Shown: piece after piece, positions 58,367-64,000 of the stretch | How the letters are laid out: every line of letters starts with the position of its first letter | How positions within the stretch are numbered: the first letter of the stretch is position 1 | Assembly (NCBI GenBank): GCA_037133475.1 | Contig: JBAXOB010000014.1 | Span: 8,298 to 72,297, forward strand | Direction: 5' to 3' | Source: Bacteroidota bacterium | GTDB lineage: Bacteria; Bacteroidota; Bacteroidia; Bacteroidales; FEN-979 | DNA length: 64,000 nt | Notes under the pieces: generated by a model | The model's database searches: none | What the model was told of the DNA's origin: nothing | Seen by the model: the letters and a program-made list of their open reading frames with translations, nothing else | Made by a program: the position numbers and the translations under genes

Positions 58367-59503
58367 ATGAATTTTGAAAATCTGAATCTTATCCAGCCGT
58401 TATTGAATGCGGTAAGTAAGAAAGGGTACCTGAACCCCACACCAATCCAGGAAAAAGCAATCCCGGTTATTCTCCAGGGAAAAGATATTTTTGGCTGTGC
58501 ACAAACCGGTACCGGTAAAACGGCTGCCTTCGCGCTGCCAATCCTTCAGTTGCTGGAAACTGAAAAAGAACGCACCCAGCGCCGTGCCGTGAAGGCATTG
58601 ATCCTTGCCCCTACCCGTGAACTGGTAGCCCAGATCAGCGAAGAGATAAACAACTATGGCAAAGAACTTGACATACGCCTCGTTACCATCTATGGCGGTA
58701 TTTCGCAAAAAGCCCAGACCCAGTCGCTGCAGCGCGGGGTTGATATCATCGTTGCCGCACCCGGCCGTTTGCTCGACCTGATGAACCAGGGATTTGTCCA
58801 TCTCGATAAGGTAGAATACCTCGTACTCGATGAAGCCGACCGCATGCTCGACATGGGCTTTATCAACGATATCAGGAAGATCACCGCGAAACTGCCGGCA
58901 AAAAGGCAGACCCTGCTGTTTTCAGCAACAGCTCCTGATGAGATCAGGAAACTGGCGGCTTCGCTGCTGCACAACCCTGTACAGCTTAACCTTTCGCCGG
59001 ATGCCATGCCACCCATCCTGGTGTCGCAATCGGTTTACCACGTAAAAAAGGAAAACAAGAAGCTGCTCCTCACGCATGTGCTGAAAAATGATGCTGTGGA
59101 ACATGTACTCATTTTTACGCGAACCAAACATGGCGCCGACAAGGTTGTCAAGGACCTTATCCGCAACGGGATCAAGGCGCAGGCCATTCATGGCAATAAA
59201 TCACAGAGTGCCCGTGACAAGGCGCTGAAGGATTTCAAGAGCCGGAGCATCCGCGTGCTGGTAGCAACCGATGTAGCCTCCAGGGGTATCGATGTTGACA
59301 AACTGACCCACGTAATCAATTACGAAATCCCGGAGCAGGCTGAAACCTATGTTCACCGCATCGGACGGACCGGAAGGGCCGGCGAAACCGGGGCTGCATT
59401 ATCCTTTTGTTCGGCCGACGAAAAGGCCTACCTGCGAAACATCCATAAACTGATCCATAAGAATATCGATGTTGTTACCTCGCATCCCTTCGCGATAAAT
59501 TAA
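58367..59503 (+). CDS. rhlE: DEAD-box RNA helicase (RhlE-like)
   Basis: AQTGTGKT, PTREL, DEAD, SAT, HRIGRTGRAG. Confidence 0.93.
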   Translation: MNFENLNLIQPLLNAVSKKGYLNPTPIQEKAIPVILQGKDIFGCAQTGTGKTAAFALPILQLLETEKERTQRRAVKALILAPTRELVAQISEEINNYGKELDIRLVTIYGGISQKAQTQSLQRGVDIIVAAPGRLLDLMNQGFVHLDKVEYLVLDEADRMLDMGFINDIRKITAKLPAKRQTLLFSATAPDEIRKLAASLLHNPVQLNLSPDAMPPILVSQSVYHVKKENKKLLLTHVLKNDAVEHVLIFTRTKHGADKVVKDLIRNGIKAQAIHGNKSQSARDKALKDFKSRSIRVLVATDVASRGIDVDKLTHVINYEIPEQAETYVHRIGRTGRAGETGAALSFCSADEKAYLRNIHKLIHKNIDVVTSHPFAIN

Positions 59504-59525
59504 TAATCACCTTCTCCAGTAATAG

Positions 59526-59574
59526 CCGTGTGTGGATTTTCCCCTTAACCCCGGGAAATTCACACACGGTTTTT
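59526..59574 (+). terminator. Rho-independent terminator
   Basis: CCGTGTGTGGATTTTCCC...GGGAAATTCACACACGG followed by TTTTT. Confidence 0.8.
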
Positions 59575-59781
59575 GCTACAATGACGCCAGATGGAAACAG
59601 TTTTCCGGACAATTCCGGCTACATAACAATACAAGTAAGTGTTATGGTACTGTATTTCAAATTGTTCGCTGACATTGAGGGATCTTGCATTCCAATCCAA
59701 TATTTTATTGGAAATCAACATTTCTTTTTGTAATTTTATTGGGTCGCAGGGAGCTTTCAATTCAACAGACTCCGACCCTTT

Positions 59782-62088
59782 ATGAACGCAAATGGAAAGA
59801 TATTTCCGGTAATCATCATATGGCTAACAGGGACCATTATTACCCTTACAGGCCTTACGGCCGCGATTGGCTGGTTTTCCGGGAATAAAACCCTGATGGC
59901 CATCATTCCCGGGCTGGAGCCGATGATGGTAAACTCGTCGGTTTGTTTCTTTGCAGCTGGTATCGCACTGCTTTCATCCGCGTTGACGAAGGGCAGGTCC
60001 AGGTTGTACGTGGTACGCGCGCTTTCCATGGTGCTCATCTTCTTCGGCGTGCTGACCCTCATGGAATATTTTTTCCACCAGGACCTTGGCATCAACAACC
60101 TCTTTATCAAAGACAGGTATAGCAGGACAATTTTTTTTGGCGGCCACATGACCCTTTCAGCAGCGCTGAACTTTTTCCTTGCGGGGATTGCCCTTTATTA
60201 TATCCATTCCGCCGGTAAGGTTTCATTCTGGATTGCCCAGGTTGCCGCATTGCTGACAGGGGTTATCTCGTGGATTGTGCTGGTGGGGTACCTGTACAAT
60301 ATCGGGCAGGAGTTCTACATAGGTCCTTTTTCGACCATGACCATCACCTCGGCCACCCTCTTTTTCCTCCTGGCAATAGGCATTTTTATCTGTTACCCCG
60401 AACAGGGTATATTTTCAGTTCTTTATGGTCACGGCAATGGAACCATACTGGCCAGGCTGTTTTTCGTGGCTTCAGTAGGTGTCCCGCTGCTAGCCGGTTT
60501 CCTGGTGGTGATTGGCGAAATTGCCGGCTGGTTCAATACAGCATCCGGATCAGCCATTGCCGCCATCATCAATGTAATCGTGCCGGGCACCCTGATCATT
60601 CTCTCGGGCAGGTGGCTCAACAGGTCGGAACAACTCGTGCAGGACAGCCATCACGCACTGCTGAAAAGCGAAGAACACTACAGGGGGTTGTTTGATCATA
60701 TGGTCGAGGGTTTTGCCAACCATAAAATGCTTTTTAAGGATGGCAAACCTTATGATTATATTTACCTGGATGTTAATGAGGCTTTTAAAAAAATGACAGG
60801 TCTCACCGATGTGATCGGGAAAAGGGCAAGTGAAGTCGTGCACAATATCCAGCAGGACAACCTTGATATTTTTGAACGGTACCGTGAAGTTGCCGCTTCG
60901 TCAAGGCCATCGAGGTTTGAGACCTTTTCGCCGGCCCTTAAATCCTGGTTTTCCATCTATATATATACCTTGGAAAATGATGAGTTTGTAACGGTTATTG
61001 ATAACGTTACGCAACGTAAAGAGGCTGAAGACGCCATCAGGCTGAATGAAGAAAAATTAAGGTTGCTGTTTGATGTACTGCCTGTAGGAGTCTCGTTTCA
61101 TGATGCTGACAGCAGGATCGTTCAAATGAACCATGCCCTGGTGAAAATCCTCTCAGTTTCAGAGGATGCCCTGCTTGACGGGAGCCATCGCATCCGGACT
61201 TTTATCGACAGCAGCGGAAGGCCTGTTTCACAGGAAGAATGGCCTGTCATCAGCGCCCTGCGTGAGAAAATTCCGGTTCATGACAAAGAGATCGGCATCT
61301 GGCTCGATAACGGGGAAACCAGGTGGCTTAATGTCAATGCCGCCCCTGTTTCCTCTGCCAACCTGGGGGCGGTCGTGGTTATCACCGACATTACCCGTCA
61401 AAAACAGATCGAGATGGACCTGGTCGCCTCACAGCGGGATCTGCGCGATACCCTCACCCGGCTGACGGAAATGGAGGAGGAGATCAGGCGTAAAGCAGCC
61501 ATCGAACTGCACGACCAGGTAGGACAGAATCTCACGGCATTGGTCATTAACATGAACTACCTCAAATCCCAGCTCATTTCCGGAGCAAACCCGCGACTGG
61601 TGAAATTCCTCGACGATTCGATCCAGCTTCTTGAAGATACCATCGCTCGGACACGCGACATCATGGCCGAACTTCGGCCTGCCGTACTCGAGGATTACGG
61701 GCTCTATGCAGCAATACAGTGGTATGCCACCCAGTTTTCAGGCAGAACCGGATTGCCGGTTATGGTCCAGGGGCGTGACCTTGCCTATCCGCTTCCCGCC
61801 CGGGTTGAGTATGCCATGTTCCGTATCGTTCAGGAGGCCTTTACCAATATTGCCAAACATGCCCATGCTTTGAAAGCAAGTATCAGCCTGGTGGAATCGG
61901 AACGAGAAGTAACCCTGGAAATTGCAGATGACGGAGTTGGTTTCGACACGGGTTCATTGAAACATAAAGAAAATCCCACACTGGGGATGATTGTCATGAA
62001 GGAACGCAGCAAGGCAGCAGGCGGCATTTTCAACATTACCTCGTTACCGGGACACGGAACCACGATTACATTTCAGATAACCCGCTGA
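59782..62088 (+). CDS. Membrane PAS sensor kinase (HisKA_3, NarX/UhpB type)
   Basis: Multiple TMs, two PAS domains, ELHDQVGQNL, QEAFTNIAKHA, DDGVGFD. Confidence 0.92.
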   Translation: MNANGKIFPVIIIWLTGTIITLTGLTAAIGWFSGNKTLMAIIPGLEPMMVNSSVCFFAAGIALLSSALTKGRSRLYVVRALSMVLIFFGVLTLMEYFFHQDLGINNLFIKDRYSRTIFFGGHMTLSAALNFFLAGIALYYIHSAGKVSFWIAQVAALLTGVISWIVLVGYLYNIGQEFYIGPFSTMTITSATLFFLLAIGIFICYPEQGIFSVLYGHGNGTILARLFFVASVGVPLLAGFLVVIGEIAGWFNTASGSAIAAIINVIVPGTLIILSGRWLNRSEQLVQDSHHALLKSEEHYRGLFDHMVEGFANHKMLFKDGKPYDYIYLDVNEAFKKMTGLTDVIGKRASEVVHNIQQDNLDIFERYREVAASSRPSRFETFSPALKSWFSIYIYTLENDEFVTVIDNVTQRKEAEDAIRLNEEKLRLLFDVLPVGVSFHDADSRIVQMNHALVKILSVSEDALLDGSHRIRTFIDSSGRPVSQEEWPVISALREKIPVHDKEIGIWLDNGETRWLNVNAAPVSSANLGAVVVITDITRQKQIEMDLVASQRDLRDTLTRLTEMEEEIRRKAAIELHDQVGQNLTALVINMNYLKSQLISGANPRLVKFLDDSIQLLEDTIARTRDIMAELRPAVLEDYGLYAAIQWYATQFSGRTGLPVMVQGRDLAYPLPARVEYAMFRIVQEAFTNIAKHAHALKASISLVESEREVTLEIADDGVGFDTGSLKHKENPTLGMIVMKERSKAAGGIFNITSLPGHGTTITFQITR

Positions 62089-62091
62089 TTT

Positions 62092-62742
62092 ATGGCTATT
62101 TCAGTTATCATAGCAGATGATCACACCATCGTTCGCGAAGGACTCCGCCTGATCCTGGAATCCTCGGGCGTGGCCTCGATCGTTTCAGAAGCGAAAAACG
62201 GACTCGAAGCGGTCCACCAGGCTCGCCAGTATAAACCTGAGGTAATCCTGATGGATATCGCCATGCCGGTGATGAATGGCATTGCCGCGACAGAACGCAT
62301 CCACGAAGAATCCCCCTCCATCGCCATCGTGATCCTCTCCATGCAGTCAACCCTGGAGGATATTTACCGCGCCTTAAGGGCCGGGGCGACCGGGTACCTG
62401 CTGAAGGAATCGGCCGGCGCCGAAGTCATTGAAGCCATTATCGCAAGTAGCCGCGGCAAACGATACCTGTCACGCAAAGTCGATGACATCCTGATCGACG
62501 GCTATATTCACCAGCGCAACGGCATGAATGGCATCGGCCCTCTCGAAAGCCTGAGCCCCAGGGAACTGGAGGTTCTTCAAATGGTAGTCGAAGGATTATC
62601 CTCCCAGCAAATAGCAGAATTACTCTTCCTCTCTGCGAAAACCGTTGAAACATACCGGTCACGATTGATGCAGAAGCTCGGCATCAAGGACATCCCCGCC
62701 CTGGTCAAATTTGCCATCCAGTACGGGGTGACTAAAATTTAA
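62092..62742 (+). CDS. NarL/LuxR family response regulator
   Basis: ADDH..LMDIAMP receiver plus LSPRELEVL..KTVETYRSRLMQKL HTH. Confidence 0.95.
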   Translation: MAISVIIADDHTIVREGLRLILESSGVASIVSEAKNGLEAVHQARQYKPEVILMDIAMPVMNGIAATERIHEESPSIAIVILSMQSTLEDIYRALRAGATGYLLKESAGAEVIEAIIASSRGKRYLSRKVDDILIDGYIHQRNGMNGIGPLESLSPRELEVLQMVVEGLSSQQIAELLFLSAKTVETYRSRLMQKLGIKDIPALVKFAIQYGVTKI

Positions 62743-62817
62743 GTGGATCCCCTACCCAACCTGTCAAACTTTCCCCACACAAGACCCCCTCTGTTTGGCA
62801 GTATCTTTAGCAGGTGC

Positions 62818-63070
62818 ATGAAACCGTTCCTTTAAACATATCCATTGTGATCGTACTGATCCATAACGCTTTACGATCGTCCTGCCATAAATAGCTGGCA
62901 GAACTCTTTTCCCGGGCCGAAATTCCGGAAGCATCCACCGGGAGGGATGGTATTGACCATCCCCTGAAACACCCGGGATCCGTCGTGCTGCCCGACAAGG
63001 AGCTGCCTGATATGACGGTGGCTGAACGAACAGGATATCTTTGACAGGCTGCCTCATATTGTTGAGCGAT
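62818..63070 (+). pseudogene. Decayed receiver-domain gene
   Basis: Frame from 62832 reads LNISIVIVLIHNALRSSCHK*LAELFSRAEIPEASTGRDGIDHPLKHPGSVVLPDKELPDMTVAE. In-frame TAG at 62892, TGA at 63042; ATG 62818 is out of frame. Confidence 0.6.
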
Positions 63071-63103
63071 GGATGGCCAAAGGAACATTTATTTGTTAGG
63101 TCT

Positions 63104-64000
63104 ATGGAAACACATAACATTGATTATCAGAAAACCCACCGTCAATCACACGATATCCGTGATCCCAGGTATACGCGGGCGGAATCACTGGCCAATTTCG
63201 GTTTTTTCGAGGTTGACCTGCTTTCAGGATGGAACTACTGGTCACCCGGCATGTACCGCATTACCGGCTTCGATTCCGAAATACCGCCACCTACCCTGGA
63301 AACTCTATCCGACTGGGTTTTGCCAGCCGATCAGGGTAATTACAAATCATTCTATGATGAGGTATGCCGGGAGGGGAGTATCGGGTTTCTTGAATTCAGG
63401 CACCAGGACAGGGCTGATTCCATCAGCTCCTTTGCAGTTCACCTGGAACCTGAAGCGGACGACGAGGGATCGGTTATCCGGCTGTTCGGGACATTGCAGG
63501 AGATTTCTCCGGAGGGTATACCAACCCAGATAAATTCCTCACAAAACCTGCAATTCAATGCACCTCTCAACAACCTGCTGGAGGGTTGCCAGATCATCGG
63601 TCACGACTGGCGGTATCTCTATCTGAATGAACGTGCCGCCAGCTATGGAAGGTCGCGTGTTGATTCGTTGGTGGGAAAATCGGTCATGGAGATGTACCCT
63701 GGGATTGAACACACCCGGATGTACGAAGTCATGCATGAATGTATGACTGACAGGGTCAGCCGTACCGAGGATTTTGAATTCCTCTACCAGGATGGTGAAA
63801 AGGCCTGGTTTGAGTTCAGCATCCACCCGATACCCGAAGGAATCCTTGTCTTGTCGGTCGATATCAGCGGGCGGAAACATCACGGGGAACTTATCAGGGC
63901 CAGTGAAAGGCGCTACCAGCATCTTTTTGAACATATGTCGGAGGGATTTGCGCTGTGCAGGATGATCTTCGAGAAGGGCAAGGCTGTTGATTTCCTCTAC
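63104..64000 (+). CDS. Multi-PAS sensor protein (5' part; runs off the window end)
   Basis: Not in the ORF track. METHNIDY..NFGFFEVDL..WSPGMYRITG..LEGCQIIGHDWRYLYLN..SERRYQHLFEHMSEGFALCRM, open to the window end. Confidence 0.88.
   Translation, partial: METHNIDYQKTHRQSHDIRDPRYTRAESLANFGFFEVDLLSGWNYWSPGMYRITGFDSEIPPPTLETLSDWVLPADQGNYKSFYDEVCREGSIGFLEFRHQDRADSISSFAVHLEPEADDEGSVIRLFGTLQEISPEGIPTQINSSQNLQFNAPLNNLLEGCQIIGHDWRYLYLNERAASYGRSRVDSLVGKSVMEMYPGIEHTRMYEVMHECMTDRVSRTEDFEFLYQDGEKAWFEFSIHPIPEGILVLSVDISGRKHHGELIRASERRYQHLFEHMSEGFALCRMIFEKGKAVDFLY

Noticed and set aside
59526-59574. TTCACACAC / GTGTGTG resembling box 1
   Set aside because: It is the stem of the helicase terminator hairpin, with no second box at the correct spacing.
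63069-63533. 154-aa + strand ORF
   Set aside because: Alternative frame of the real PAS gene starting at 63104.

Overview
Chromosomal segment of a Bacteroidota bacterium, probably an environmental Bacteroidales-like lineage, judged from T9SS C-terminal sorting domains and TAnnTTTG '-7' promoter elements. The flanks are ordinary. Left: sbcC/sbcD, an orphan ORF, a DUF2779 nuclease, an M1 peptidase and lpxD. Right: a T9SS BACON protein, mscL, DUF3078, glgB, a DEAD-box helicase and a NarX/NarL-type two-component system. The central ~40 kb (about 8.6-49 kb) is a dense cluster of general-stress-type genes: 2x CsbD, YtxH plus a holin-like protein, YceI, BON, oleate hydratase, MlaEFD, 2x AI-2E, tandem DUF3494, OmpA/MotB, an lmo0937-like protein, USP, CbpA/CbpM, MgtA, Nramp and 2x PAP2. 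It also holds two paralogous AraC regulators, two hybrid PAS kinases and a single-domain response regulator. The main discovery is a 68-bp promoter cassette with invariant spacing: tGTGT-GAATnATGYAAn (box 1), 9 nt, nAWTnTRTAAC-like box 2 (21-bp period), 21 nt, then nAnnTTTG. It occurs 15 times, always oriented with a downstream gene and only inside the central cluster. One copy precedes AraC paralog 1, and another is built from the last codons and stop codon of AraC paralog 2. This suggests an AraC-activated general stress regulon; the regulator assignment and function are inference. No rRNA, tRNA, CRISPR array, integrase or transposase was recognised.
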